DNA of 58,737 nucleotides from Bacteroidia bacterium. GTDB lineage: Bacteria; Bacteroidota; Bacteroidia; NS11-12g; UBA955. The notes under the pieces were generated by a model, which saw only the letters and a list, made by a program, of their open reading frames with translations, did not search any database and had not been told where the DNA came from. Below are positions 18,694 to 28,928 of the stretch, piece by piece (the stretch's first letter is position 1; each line of letters opens with the position of its first letter). The stretch lies in assembly GCA_044377005.1 (NCBI GenBank), contig JBILJV010000006.1, forward strand, positions 1 through 58,737, given 5' to 3'. The position numbers and the translations under genes are program-made.

Positions 18694-19443
18694 ATGAACC
18701 TATATAGAACAAATTACTACTCTATTTATTCTCTGATGAACTACTTTATAAAACGTATTGTTTTGGTTTTTGCTTTTGGTATTTGTATCACTATTTCTGC
18801 ACAAGAACGCATTACATCTCTCAATTTTTTGCAAGCAGGTGCTGTTCCAAAAACAATTACAGAAAGAGGAAAAAATTTAAATACTTCAGGATTGTCATTT
18901 AATTTCGTTCATTTTAATGAAAAAAAGTTTTTTAGAATGGATGCCACTTGGCTTGTTCGATATTTATTGAATGGGAATAAAGATTCAAGTGTTTTTAATG
19001 ATACCAACAAAGTATATGGTTTGGACTTACCTGTTTTTACCGCAACATATGGAGTAAACTTTATAAAAGGAGAAGATTTTAGTTTAGGGATAGGAATTAA
19101 TTTAGACTCAAGAACTTTTTACAGCGCTCCATCAGCGAAAGCAAAAAATATAATTGATGCATTTAATACTGGGGTAGTATTAGGCACTAAAATTAGAATT
19201 AATAAATGGTTAAGTTACACTAGTTTACTAGGTTACGACATTATGTTTACTGATTCCAAAAGTTCCTTTACTAATGGGAATCAATATTATTTACAAAACA
19301 ATTTTTCTTTTTTATTAAAAGGTAAACTTGGAATAAATTTACAACCTGATTTAAGCTTAAAAACTTTTGACTTAAATGGCATCAAAGACGCTAAAATATT
19401 TAACAAAAATATTAAAATTGGATTGGCATACGCCATAGACTAA
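18694..19443 (+). CDS. Hypothetical exported protein, probable outer-membrane beta-barrel
   Basis: Signal peptide (the real start may be ATG 18736); amphipathic beta strands; C-terminal IKIGLAYAID. Confidence 0.6.
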   Translation: MNLYRTNYYSIYSLMNYFIKRIVLVFAFGICITISAQERITSLNFLQAGAVPKTITERGKNLNTSGLSFNFVHFNEKKFFRMDATWLVRYLLNGNKDSSVFNDTNKVYGLDLPVFTATYGVNFIKGEDFSLGIGINLDSRTFYSAPSAKAKNIIDAFNTGVVLGTKIRINKWLSYTSLLGYDIMFTDSKSSFTNGNQYYLQNNFSFLLKGKLGINLQPDLSLKTFDLNGIKDAKIFNKNIKIGLAYAID

Positions 19444-19471
19444 AAAAAGGCGATTAAAAAATCGCCTTTTT
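19444..19471. terminator. Bidirectional rho-independent terminator
   Basis: AAAAAGGCGATT-aaaa-AATCGCCTTTTT hairpin with A/T tails between convergent genes. Confidence 0.85.
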
Positions 19472-19497
19472 GAATAACTTATATGTTTTTTATATTG

Positions 19498-19878
19498 TTA
19501 TTGATTTGGTTGTGTCATTGGTTGAGAAGCATCTTGTGATGGTGCTTGTGTTGACGGAGCTGCTGCTGGCGTTGAATTTCCTTTAGCCGCTGGTGCATTT
19601 ATTAATTCATTTATTTTAGCATCTTTTGCTTCAACTTTACCTGTACCGACAGTAGAAGCTCCATTGTATGAACTTGCTACTAATGATACTACTAAAATAA
19701 CCGAAGCAAAAATCCAAGTCAATTTCTCAACACCTTCTGAGGTTCTTTGAACTCCGAACATTTGGTTACTTGAAGAGAAATTAGAGGCCAATCCTCCACC
19801 TTTAGGGTTTTGAATTAAAATAATTCCAATAATTAAAGCAGCTGCAATTAGACCTATTATTAATATGATATTTAACAT
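19498..19878 (-). CDS. secG: Preprotein translocase subunit SecG
   Basis: ILIQNPKGGGLASNF...EKLTW; two TM helices; low-complexity tail. Confidence 0.93.
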   Translation of the reverse strand: MLNIILIIGLIAAALIIGIILIQNPKGGGLASNFSSSNQMFGVQRTSEGVEKLTWIFASVILVVSLVASSYNGASTVGTGKVEAKDAKINELINAPAAKGNSTPAAAPSTQAPSQDASQPMTQPNQ

Positions 19879-19887
19879 AATTTTTTT

Positions 19888-21267
19888 TTATTTTTTAAGA
19901 TTTTCTATAAGGGATGCAAAATACGCCTTTTTTGAAGGATTTTGCAAAATTAATTTTTCATATGCTTTTATAGCCAAACTAATATCTCCTTGTTGATGGT
20001 ATAGTTGGGCTAATGTTTCTGTTACAAAATCCAATTCAAAAACCTCACTTTTCTTTGCCATATTTTCTGCATTGAAAAACTCTTTCTTAGGTCTCGAAAT
20101 TTGAGGATTCTTTTTTATAAACCTAGCAATGATGTCGTCTTCTTCTATCTCTTCTTCAATTTTGCCATCGGTTTCCAAATCTTCCTCTAAGGGCTTCTCA
20201 ACTATTTCTGAAACTCCTTTAGGCTGCTTAAGCCAAGCAAAAAAATCTTTCTCCGAAGAAGCGGTTTCTCTTTCTATCTGTTTACTGTTTAACTCCAATT
20301 CTAAATTATAAATTGGATTTTTTCTTAAGTCTAAATATTTTTCTAGTTCTTTTTGAGATTCTATTACTGTTTCTATCGATTTCTCTTCTTGAATATCTGA
20401 ATACTCAATTTGTATTTCTGTTTCTTTAACTTCCTCTTCTGTTTCTTCTATCTGAATTTCTTTACTTTCTGCTATCTCTTCATCTACTAAAACATCTCTT
20501 TTTTCACTCTCTTCCATATCACCAACTAACAGCTCTGAAAATTCTTCTGGAATTGTAGACAACTCATTTATAGGCACTAGTTCGGTCTCCAAAACTATAC
20601 CATTAACTGACGGACTTTCTTTTATAATTTCCTCAATTTGTTGATGTTGATCAGAGAAAGTAAATTCAGTTTCTACCAATTCTAATCCCTCTGTTTCGGT
20701 CAATGTGAATTCATCTGTAACAGACACCTCATTATTGTGTCGTAATTCAAAAAAAACTTCTTCAACATCCTCTATTGTATCTTGATGCGCAAGCTCAACA
20801 TCAGTATTTGCAGACTCTACAGGCAATTCCTCTTCATCATCTCTTAAAAAAGCCTCCAAATCATTCACAGGTGATTTGATTTTCTCTACTTGTGGTAAAT
20901 CTCCTGTTACGGTTTCGTCTTCGACAATATGTTTATCTTCAATAATTTCAGATTCTTGAATTGAAATCAATGCTGAATTTTCGAGGGTATTATTATCAGA
21001 AACTGCCTCTATACTGTGTTCACTTTTTACCCATTCATTTTGATGAATATATTGATATAAGGCTTCTCTATTATTGACTCTTATAGCGGCATGACGAAGG
21101 TAAAAGTCAAACTCCTGTTCATTTTCACTGACATAAAATTTTGCTAAAAGAACATAAGGTAAATAGTAATAGGGTGACTTTTGAATCATCATTTTTAGGC
21201 CATCAACATCCTCTGAATTCATTAATCCAGGCTGATGATAAAGCGTTATTATTCTATTGCTATCCAT
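19888..21267 (-). CDS. Conserved Bacteroidota hypothetical protein with long acidic linker and C-terminal TPR-like motif
   Basis: N-terminal PYY..PY.LLAK; Glu-rich middle; C-terminal IIARFIK.NP and VTETLAQLY..QG...AI.AYEKL. TAATG coupling to lptE gives start 21267. Confidence 0.75.
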   Translation of the reverse strand: MDSNRIITLYHQPGLMNSEDVDGLKMMIQKSPYYYLPYVLLAKFYVSENEQEFDFYLRHAAIRVNNREALYQYIHQNEWVKSEHSIEAVSDNNTLENSALISIQESEIIEDKHIVEDETVTGDLPQVEKIKSPVNDLEAFLRDDEEELPVESANTDVELAHQDTIEDVEEVFFELRHNNEVSVTDEFTLTETEGLELVETEFTFSDQHQQIEEIIKESPSVNGIVLETELVPINELSTIPEEFSELLVGDMEESEKRDVLVDEEIAESKEIQIEETEEEVKETEIQIEYSDIQEEKSIETVIESQKELEKYLDLRKNPIYNLELELNSKQIERETASSEKDFFAWLKQPKGVSEIVEKPLEEDLETDGKIEEEIEEDDIIARFIKKNPQISRPKKEFFNAENMAKKSEVFELDFVTETLAQLYHQQGDISLAIKAYEKLILQNPSKKAYFASLIENLKK

Positions 21268-21773
21268 TACCACTTCAAAGCTACTTTGTTAAATATTTCT
21301 TGAATTATTTGTGTACTTACCTCATCTGACAATCTATTTTCAATAGTTTGGAAATTCTCTGTAGCATTAAACTCTTGAAATTTAGTAATACGCTCAGTAA
21401 AATTCATTTCCTTGTGTTTAGGACATTCAAACACAACATTAACGGTCATGGAAAATCTATTTTTGGCAGCTTCAGTTGTATTCGTCGTTGCTGATGGTTG
21501 AATTCTGTAATCAGTTATAGACCCCGTAATTTTAAAATCACCATTTTGTGGGACAATCGCCAATGAGGTTTCTCTCATAAATTTATCTTTCAGTTGTTCT
21601 GTAAACTTTTGACTGATAGATGGATTTACCAAACTAGCTTGATTATTGAAATAGGCAATGCTAATATTGCTAACATCGGCAGGTATGTTTATCCCCGATA
21701 AGCTGTACTTGCATGACTTACAAGCAGACAAACTCAATAAGATAAGTCCTAAAATTAATCCTTTGTATTTCAT
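21267..21773 (-). CDS. lptE: LPS assembly lipoprotein LptE family
   Basis: Lipoprotein signal, YSLSG, F.NQA, GSITDY; usual position in the miaB-secG operon. Confidence 0.8.
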   Translation of the reverse strand: MKYKGLILGLILLSLSACKSCKYSLSGINIPADVSNISIAYFNNQASLVNPSISQKFTEQLKDKFMRETSLAIVPQNGDFKITGSITDYRIQPSATTNTTEAAKNRFSMTVNVVFECPKHKEMNFTERITKFQEFNATENFQTIENRLSDEVSTQIIQEIFNKVALKW

Positions 21774-23035
21774 TAAAAATCTTCTAAATTGTATTGTTTA
21801 ATTTTACGATAAAGGGTTCTTTCTGAAATACCAAGTTCTTTGGCAGCTCGATTTCTTTTTCCTTTATTTCGTTTTAATGCGTTTTTAATCATTTCCAACT
21901 CTTGATCGGCAATTGTTAATGAGCCAAGTGTATGGTCATCTAATGGTTGAACTTCTATAAAACTCTCTTTATTATTGGCAATAATTGTATTTGATGGAAT
22001 AATGATTGCTGGTTTCTGCTCTGCAACTTCAAAATCTGGCTCTTGATTGTAAAGCACATGGTTTATTTCTGACTGATGTTTTTTGATGAATTCCTCACGA
22101 TTGGAATTATTCTCTATCAATCCCATTACTATTCTCTTTAGTTCACTTACATCTTTTTTCATTTCAATAAGGAACTTATAGAAAATATCACGTTCACTGA
22201 ATCCTTGAGTTTGTCCTTCTGAAGAATTTGCCAATTGAGGTAAATTAGAAACTGGTAGTGGCAAATAATAGCCGAGTATTTCGCTACTTATTGGATTGTT
22301 TTCTGACTCCAATACACAAATTTGTTCTGTCACATTTTTCAATTGACGAATATTCCCCGGCCAAGTGTAATTTTTCAATAATTCTTGAGCCTCTTCGGTT
22401 AATCCTACAAGAGGGGCATGGTTTTTTTCTGCAAATGCACTAGCAAATTTTCGAAACAGCAAATAAACATCTTCTTTTCTCTCAGACAATTTGGGTACTC
22501 TAATAGGCACTGTAGCAAGTCTGTAATACAAATCCTCTCTAAACTTACCTTGTTGAGCTCTTTCAAGCAAATCTCTATTTGTTGCTGCTATTACTCTGAC
22601 ATTAGTTTTTAACACCTTTGAAGAACCCACTTTAATGTATTCTCCATTCTCTAGCACCCGAAGTAATCGGGCTTGAGTTCCCAATGGCAATTCGCCAACT
22701 TCATCCAAAAATATTGTTCCACCACTTACGGTCTCAAAATACCCTTTTCGGGCATCTGTAGCTCCTGTAAATGAACCTTTTTCGTGACCAAACAATTCAG
22801 AATCAATAGTCCCTTCCGGAATTGCACCACAATTTACCGCAATGAAATTTGCATGTTTACGGGCACTTTGTGCATGTATTATTTTCGAAAACGATTCTTT
22901 GCCGACACCACTTTCACCTAAAATTAGGACACTCATATCTGTAGGTGCAACTTTTATTGCGGTTTCTAATGCATGGTTTAATGCAGGTGAATTCCCCACT
23001 ATTTCAAACCTATTTTTTATATTTTGTAATTGCAT
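21773..23035 (-). CDS. Sigma-54-interacting AAA+ transcriptional regulator with Fis-type HTH and no N-terminal sensor domain
   Basis: GESGVGKE, NCGAIP, ELFGHEKGSFTGA, FLDEVGEL, FREDLYYRL, WPGNIRQL, AAKELGISERTLYRK. Confidence 0.93.
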   Translation of the reverse strand: MQLQNIKNRFEIVGNSPALNHALETAIKVAPTDMSVLILGESGVGKESFSKIIHAQSARKHANFIAVNCGAIPEGTIDSELFGHEKGSFTGATDARKGYFETVSGGTIFLDEVGELPLGTQARLLRVLENGEYIKVGSSKVLKTNVRVIAATNRDLLERAQQGKFREDLYYRLATVPIRVPKLSERKEDVYLLFRKFASAFAEKNHAPLVGLTEEAQELLKNYTWPGNIRQLKNVTEQICVLESENNPISSEILGYYLPLPVSNLPQLANSSEGQTQGFSERDIFYKFLIEMKKDVSELKRIVMGLIENNSNREEFIKKHQSEINHVLYNQEPDFEVAEQKPAIIIPSNTIIANNKESFIEVQPLDDHTLGSLTIADQELEMIKNALKRNKGKRNRAAKELGISERTLYRKIKQYNLEDF

Positions 23036-23037
23036 TA

Positions 23038-24450
23038 TTATACAGCTTTACCTATTAATGTTGTACCTGTAGCTCTCTCTATCAATACATTCGCATAATC
23101 TCCTAGTTGATAGTTTTCTTTAGGAAATACTACAATATTATTTTGATCATTGCGACCACATAAATCCATTTCACTTTTTTTGGAAACACTGTCAATCAAA
23201 ACTGTCACCACTTTACCTATCATCTTTTGATTGTTTTCTAAAGAGATTTTACTTTGTACCTCAATAATTTCAGTTAGGCGGCGCGATTTTATTTCTTCAG
23301 GTACGTCATCTTGCATCTTTTTCTGCGCCAAAGTACCTGGTCGTTCCGAATATTTGTACATGTAACTAAAGATGAATTTACACTCTTCCATTAATGATAA
23401 AGTCGCTTGATGGTCTTCTTCTGTTTCTGAACAAAACCCAGCTATAATATCACAACTGATGCTACAATTGGGTATAATTTCTTTAATTTTATTAATTCTT
23501 TCCAAGTACCATTCTCTAGAATATGTTCTATTCATTGCTTCCAACAAACGGCTACTACCACTTTGTGCAGGCAGGTGAATATGATTACAAATATTAGGAT
23601 ATTTGGCAATAGTATGCAACACATCGTCGTTAATATCTTTAGGGTGCGAAGTACTAAATCTGATTCGCATATTTGGGTGAACGAGTGCTACTTTTTCGAG
23701 TAATTGAGCAAAATTAATTGCATTCTCTTTTTGTTCATCACTTGCATTTTTATAGTCTATTTTTGGACCGCCTCCAAACCACAAATAACTGTCTACATTT
23801 TGCCCTAAAAGTGTTATTTCTTTATAACCATTGTCTCCCAGTATTTTCACTTCTTCCAATATGGTTTGTGGGTCTCTGCTTCTCTCTCTTCCACGTGTAA
23901 AAGGAACTACACAAAAAGAACACATATTGTCACAACCACGCATTATACTTACAAAAGCAGATATTCCATTGGTATTTAATCTTAATGGCGAGATTTCGGC
24001 ATAAGTTTCTTCCCTACTCAACAAAACATTGATAGCCCTATTTCCTGTTTCAACCTCGGCCACCAAATTTGGTAAATCTCTATAAGAATCAGGACCGGCT
24101 ACTATATCAACTAATTTTTCTTCCTCTAACAATTTAGTCTTTAATCTTTCTGCCATGCAACCTAAAACCCCAATGATTAAATCAGAATTTTTTCTTTTGT
24201 TGTTTCTTAAATGTTTTAGACGGTCTCTAATTTTTTGCTCTGCATTGTCACGAATAGCACAAGTATTTAAAAAAATAACATCTGCGCTAAACTCATCCTT
24301 AGTATACTCAAAACCATTCTCTGACATAATAGATCCAATAATTTCACTGTCACTAAAATTCATAGCACAACCATAGCTTTCAATATATAATTGCCTTTTA
24401 TCGGTCTTAGGGATGGTTTGATTATTGGATAAAATTAGCTCGTCTTGCAT
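23038..24450 (-). CDS. miaB: tRNA-2-methylthio-N6-dimethylallyladenosine synthase MiaB
   Basis: YGCAMN, NTCAIR, LGCMAE, radical-SAM motif [18 protein letters not shown]-terminal TRAM domain. ATG 24450 preferred over 24483. Confidence 0.96.
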   Translation of the reverse strand: MQDELILSNNQTIPKTDKRQLYIESYGCAMNFSDSEIIGSIMSENGFEYTKDEFSADVIFLNTCAIRDNAEQKIRDRLKHLRNNKRKNSDLIIGVLGCMAERLKTKLLEEEKLVDIVAGPDSYRDLPNLVAEVETGNRAINVLLSREETYAEISPLRLNTNGISAFVSIMRGCDNMCSFCVVPFTRGRERSRDPQTILEEVKILGDNGYKEITLLGQNVDSYLWFGGGPKIDYKNASDEQKENAINFAQLLEKVALVHPNMRIRFSTSHPKDINDDVLHTIAKYPNICNHIHLPAQSGSSRLLEAMNRTYSREWYLERINKIKEIIPNCSISCDIIAGFCSETEEDHQATLSLMEECKFIFSYMYKYSERPGTLAQKKMQDDVPEEIKSRRLTEIIEVQSKISLENNQKMIGKVVTVLIDSVSKKSEMDLCGRNDQNNIVVFPKENYQLGDYANVLIERATGTTLIGKAV

Positions 24451-24458
24451 AGGGAATG

Positions 24459-24466
24459 CAAAACTA
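24459..24466 (-). promoter_or_regulatory. -7 box (TAGTTTTG) of the miaB operon
   Basis: Exact TAnnTTTG, 8 nt before ATG 24450. Confidence 0.65.
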
Positions 24467-24472
24467 CAAAAT

Positions 24473-24495
24473 AAATATGACATAATGACATATTT
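24473..24495. promoter_or_regulatory. Candidate operator: near-palindrome AAATATGACA-TAA-TGACATATTT
   Basis: 10-bp arms with one mismatch; also contains tandem ATGACATA x2; lies within the miaB promoter. Confidence 0.45.
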
Positions 24496-24635
24496 GCAAT
24501 TCCATATTTGTTAAATCTAATCTATTTTCAGATTAAAAGCTTCCTCAATAAAAAACAGAAAAACTCTTTCCATCCTTTTAAAATCTTGAAACTTTACAAA
24601 CAATGGTTTACGTCAATTCAATGCAGTAACATTAA

Positions 24636-25967
24636 CTAAATCAATCCTCTCGATTTTAATTCAAGGTATTTATTAAGTGTTTCAAGTGACAAATCTTGTG
24701 GTCGTGTATACACAGTTTGTATTCCAGCATTGTGAAGTTCATTGACTATAATTTTCTTTTCGTGAATGGTTTGTTCAGCAACTATTTGAGTATATATTCC
24801 TTTTAAATCAATTGCGTCTTTATTGCTCATATCCAATATATCTGTATTTTCGAAAAAAATAACCACTAATAAATGCTGTTTATTGATTCTTTTTAAAATC
24901 GGCAAAACCCTTTTCATACTGTAAGTGCTTTCAAAATTTGTATAAAGGAACAATAAACTTCGGGTTTTTACTAACCTATTGACACTGTGATACATTAGCT
25001 CATAGTTAGCTTCTAAATTCCTCTCTTTTTGGTTATAAAGCGCTTCTAACAATTGATTAAGTTGCCCTACTTTTCGTTCGGCTTTAATAGCAGTGCCTAT
25101 TACATCAGAAAATGTTAGCAAACCAACCTTGTCTGATTTTTTTAATGCAACATTGCTAGTAACTAAGGCACTATTGATTGAATAATCCAACAGACTTAAC
25201 CCATCAAATGGCAGTAACATTGTTCTACTTTTGTCAATGACATGGTAAATTGGTTGTGATTTTTCATCTTCATGTTGATTAATCATCAACTTTTGATGTC
25301 GCGCTGTCGATTTCCAATTAATTTGACGGACATCATCGCCTCTAACATAATTTCTTATTTGTTCAAACTCATAACTATGGCCTATTCTGCGCATTTTTTT
25401 GATACCATATAGGCTTGATATTTTTGAAAAAGTATAAAGTTCAAATTTCTTCATTTGAATAATACTAGGATATACCGGCACCGATTGTTGGGATTCAACC
25501 ACAATTCTGCGTTGGATTAACTTTAAAGGACTTTGAATAAACAGATTAATATTCCCAAAATCATAAACCCCTCTACTTAATGGTTTTATAACATATCTTA
25601 AAACTTTGTTATCGTATGCTGTCAAAGAACATTTCAATAAAAAATCGCGATTTTGGAGTTGAAATGGCAATTCATCAATCACCTCGACGGTCCATTTTCT
25701 ATTACTTAAATTTCTTACCACAATTTCCACATGGTTATCATCATTTAGTGAAAGCAATTTAGGTATTTTTCTATGTGCTTGAACCATTACCCATTTGCTA
25801 TAAATCCATAATAAGTCGAGCAACAAAAGTGAAAAGACTGTGAACGTTAATAATACAGTAATCAAAAACATAGGTTTAAAGGCAAAACTGATGCAAAACA
25901 AGGCTATAAGAACCCATAAAAGCATAAAAAATCGTTTCCCAATAAAGATGTTACTGATTTGTTTCAT
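24636..25967 (-). CDS. DUF58 domain protein (MoxR-associated, vWA-like)
   Basis: N-terminal TM pair; RGVYDFG; EFEQIRNYVRGDDVRQINWKSTAR; IDKSRTM. Confidence 0.9.
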   Translation of the reverse strand: MKQISNIFIGKRFFMLLWVLIALFCISFAFKPMFLITVLLTFTVFSLLLLDLLWIYSKWVMVQAHRKIPKLLSLNDDNHVEIVVRNLSNRKWTVEVIDELPFQLQNRDFLLKCSLTAYDNKVLRYVIKPLSRGVYDFGNINLFIQSPLKLIQRRIVVESQQSVPVYPSIIQMKKFELYTFSKISSLYGIKKMRRIGHSYEFEQIRNYVRGDDVRQINWKSTARHQKLMINQHEDEKSQPIYHVIDKSRTMLLPFDGLSLLDYSINSALVTSNVALKKSDKVGLLTFSDVIGTAIKAERKVGQLNQLLEALYNQKERNLEANYELMYHSVNRLVKTRSLLFLYTNFESTYSMKRVLPILKRINKQHLLVVIFFENTDILDMSNKDAIDLKGIYTQIVAEQTIHEKKIIVNELHNAGIQTVYTRPQDLSLETLNKYLELKSRGLI

Positions 25968-25970
25968 TTT

Positions 25971-26969
25971 TTATCTAGGCACTTCAATATTAAGAAACAA
26001 CTCTTGTAAAATAGATTTTACATCAAAACCTTCCATTTCTTTTTCTGGCGACAATATAACGCGGTGATTTAATACTGGAAATGCTGCATATTGAATATCA
26101 TCAGGCGTTACAAAATCTCTACCTTGAATAGCGGCAAGTGCTTTTGCTGTTTTCAATATAGCCATAGAAGCTCGTGGAGAAGCCCCCAAAACCAAATCCT
26201 TGGTATTGCGGGTGTGATGGATAATTTCGGCAATATATCTAATCAATGATTCCTTGATAAAAACTTTTTCTACTAAAGTTTGACACTTAAAAATAGCATC
26301 TGAATTAAGCACTTGTTGAACTTCCTTTATGGCTAATTGATTAAAATCTCCTTCAAACCTTGTGATAATCTCTATTTCCTCTTCCAAGCTAGGGTAATTT
26401 ATTTTTACTCTAAACAAAAAACGATCTTGTTGTGCTTCGGGTAATTTATATGTCCCTTCTTGTTCAATAGGATTTTGGGTTGCCATAACCATAAATGGCG
26501 ATTCTAGTTGATAAGTTAACCCATCTATTGTTACTTGCTGTTCTTCCATTACCTCAAATAAGGCGGCTTGTGTTTTGGCTGGGGCTCTATTGATTTCGTC
26601 AATCAATACAATATTGGAAAAAATAGGTCCTTTTTTAAATTCAAAATCATTGGATTTTGTGTTATAAACACTAGTTCCTGTAACATCGGCGGGCATTAAA
26701 TCTGGTGTAAACTGAATTCTTTTAAAATTCAAATTAAGTGTTTTAGCAAGTAAATTCACAGTCAATGTTTTGGCAATTCCGGGAACGCCTTCAATAAGCA
26801 CGTGGCCTCGAGTAAATAAGCCTGCCAATAATAAATTGATAAGTTCATCTTGTCCTACTATTACTTTATGAATTTCATGTCGAATAGCTTCCACTTGCTG
26901 TTGTAATGCTTGCAAATCCAAAGCTTCTCTTCCCGATTCTAATTGGCTCCATTCATTTTGTTTTTCCAT
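25971..26969 (-). CDS. MoxR-family AAA+ ATPase
   Basis: GHVLIEGVPGIAKT, RIQFTPDLMPAD, LIDEINRAPAKTQAAL, ATQNPIEQEGTYKLPEAQQDRF, GASPRA. Confidence 0.96.
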   Translation of the reverse strand: MEKQNEWSQLESGREALDLQALQQQVEAIRHEIHKVIVGQDELINLLLAGLFTRGHVLIEGVPGIAKTLTVNLLAKTLNLNFKRIQFTPDLMPADVTGTSVYNTKSNDFEFKKGPIFSNIVLIDEINRAPAKTQAALFEVMEEQQVTIDGLTYQLESPFMVMATQNPIEQEGTYKLPEAQQDRFLFRVKINYPSLEEEIEIITRFEGDFNQLAIKEVQQVLNSDAIFKCQTLVEKVFIKESLIRYIAEIIHHTRNTKDLVLGASPRASMAILKTAKALAAIQGRDFVTPDDIQYAAFPVLNHRVILSPEKEMEGFDVKSILQELFLNIEVPR

Positions 26970-26970
26970 A

Positions 26971-28236
26971 TTATAGGTTATTGTTATAATGTTTGTAAAA
27001 AATATTTATTCTATTGTATAGTTCTATTAAATTAGTGCTGTCTGTTTTCTCTTTTTTGTAATCGATTACTTGAAAATAATAGTCGAAAATTCGCTCTACT
27101 ATTTTTTCATTGACTTTAGATTTTTTTGCAATTTGCTTTACTTGTTCGGTTTTAATATCCATGGTTGCAATACCTAATTTTGTTCTAATAAAATATAAGA
27201 ATAATTGCATTTTTTGCTCTGCCATTTGGTAGGAATTATCATGGCTCAGATTAAGGATACTTAATGTTTCAATAAAACCCATTGTGGTATTTTTCTTTTG
27301 TTCAAGAACCGGAATTTCCCTTTGTTTTCTTTTAATGAAAAAAAACAAGAAGAGAATTAAGCTTAGTAAACATAAATACCATGCCCACTTTAATGCAGGT
27401 TTACTTAAAATAAAAGACAAAGGCGTTTCAGATTGCTTCATTAATAAATCTGTTTCTCTTTTATAAATTCTTGCACTGTAATCAAACAACACATTACTTA
27501 ATTGTATGCTATTTAAACATTGATTAACATACTCAAAACCGCGTTCATTTCGCATTGCATAATTTGTAAACAAAATGGGGTTAGAATGCACATAAATTTC
27601 TCCTTTACCATAATATATTCTTATAAAATTCACATTAGAGTCTACAGTACCTAAAATATCATACTGAGGTTGAACATATTCAAAAAACAAATTATTTTTA
27701 GGAAATTGAAAATAGTTCCAATTGGCATTTTCGGAGGTGTCTTTATTAAAACTTCTAAATTGAAATAAATTTTTACCATTGAACTTCAAAGAGGCAGCTT
27801 GATTTAGACTGACACTTACCTTATTTTGGAAATAAGTTTCCAATTGAATTTTTTCGTCTGCTAAGGCTTGTTTAAGAAGTTGTTCTGGAATACCTTCTGT
27901 TATAAAAACCAATTGATTACCAACTCTAGCGAAAGACAACAATGAGTCTATCTCAGAAGCTCGTAAATAACAATTATCGCCTGCAAATAAATAGGTTTGT
28001 CCTAATACACTTGTATCTAAATATTGATTTAATGACTCTTTAACACTTGTAACTTTATTTTCTCCTCCCTTTTGAATTAGTGCTTCAAATAGACCAAAAT
28101 CGTAAGGATGTATAGTCGTACTTTCAAATGATTTATACCATTTAAATTTCTCATTTTTTTTACGAAAAAGTATGAATAGCAACATTGCTGAAATCAACAC
28201 TAACAAAGTTATCCATATGGCTTTATCTCGTTTCAT
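26971..28236 (-). CDS. DUF4350-like membrane-anchored protein
   Basis: N-terminal TM, YGKGEIYVHSNPILFTNY, second TM followed by KRKQREIPV; directly upstream of moxR. Confidence 0.7.
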   Translation of the reverse strand: MKRDKAIWITLLVLISAMLLFILFRKKNEKFKWYKSFESTTIHPYDFGLFEALIQKGGENKVTSVKESLNQYLDTSVLGQTYLFAGDNCYLRASEIDSLLSFARVGNQLVFITEGIPEQLLKQALADEKIQLETYFQNKVSVSLNQAASLKFNGKNLFQFRSFNKDTSENANWNYFQFPKNNLFFEYVQPQYDILGTVDSNVNFIRIYYGKGEIYVHSNPILFTNYAMRNERGFEYVNQCLNSIQLSNVLFDYSARIYKRETDLLMKQSETPLSFILSKPALKWAWYLCLLSLILFLFFFIKRKQREIPVLEQKKNTTMGFIETLSILNLSHDNSYQMAEQKMQLFLYFIRTKLGIATMDIKTEQVKQIAKKSKVNEKIVERIFDYYFQVIDYKKEKTDSTNLIELYNRINIFYKHYNNNL

Positions 28237-28928
28237 TTATGACTTGTTAGTAGAGATTCAAACTGATTAAAAACAATCATTAATTCATTAAAACTTTCTT
28301 CCGTTAATAACATTTCACCATACCAAATGCCATCAAAATTAAAAGTTAATTTATTAAACAAGGATTGAATTTCCTTGGGCTTTATTTGCAACATCAATTC
28401 ATAATTGGTAATGTGTTTTTTATATAAAATAATATTCTTTAACACCAATAACTTGAGTGCATTTAAATATTTCAATCGGTAAGCCAATGCAAAATCTTTT
28501 TTAGCCACAGCATCATTGAAAGGCTCATTAATTTGCAATTGCATAAGTTCTTCTTTTTCAGGAGCTTCATAGCTGTATAAAAAAGGTGATTTATTAATTA
28601 TGTTCTTGCTTTTAAAATTCTTTGTAATTATGTATAAAACCCATAATAATAAAGCAATAGATAAAAACAAGAAGAAATATCTAAAAGGGGTGAAATTAAA
28701 ACTAGTTCTTGGCTTAAACGCCTTTGGTTTTTGTTTATTTCTAGCAATTGTATCTTCCTCAAATTGCAAATCTTTAGCTTTTAATTTCCACTCCGATTTA
28801 TCTAAAGCAGACTTATAAACTTCGGCATAACGTAAATTACGCGATGAGTCTAACTCAATGATATTGGCAATTGCAGAGGGCAAGTAAAACCATAAAACAC
28901 AAATCAAAAAAGACAAGTTTAACTTCAT
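28233..28928 (-). CDS. DUF4129-like membrane protein
   Basis: Signal/TM segments, then A....DF.LAYRLKY, TNYE and FDGIWYG motifs. Confidence 0.7.
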   Translation of the reverse strand: MKLNLSFLICVLWFYLPSAIANIIELDSSRNLRYAEVYKSALDKSEWKLKAKDLQFEEDTIARNKQKPKAFKPRTSFNFTPFRYFFLFLSIALLLWVLYIITKNFKSKNIINKSPFLYSYEAPEKEELMQLQINEPFNDAVAKKDFALAYRLKYLNALKLLVLKNIILYKKHITNYELMLQIKPKEIQSLFNKLTFNFDGIWYGEMLLTEESFNELMIVFNQFESLLTSHK

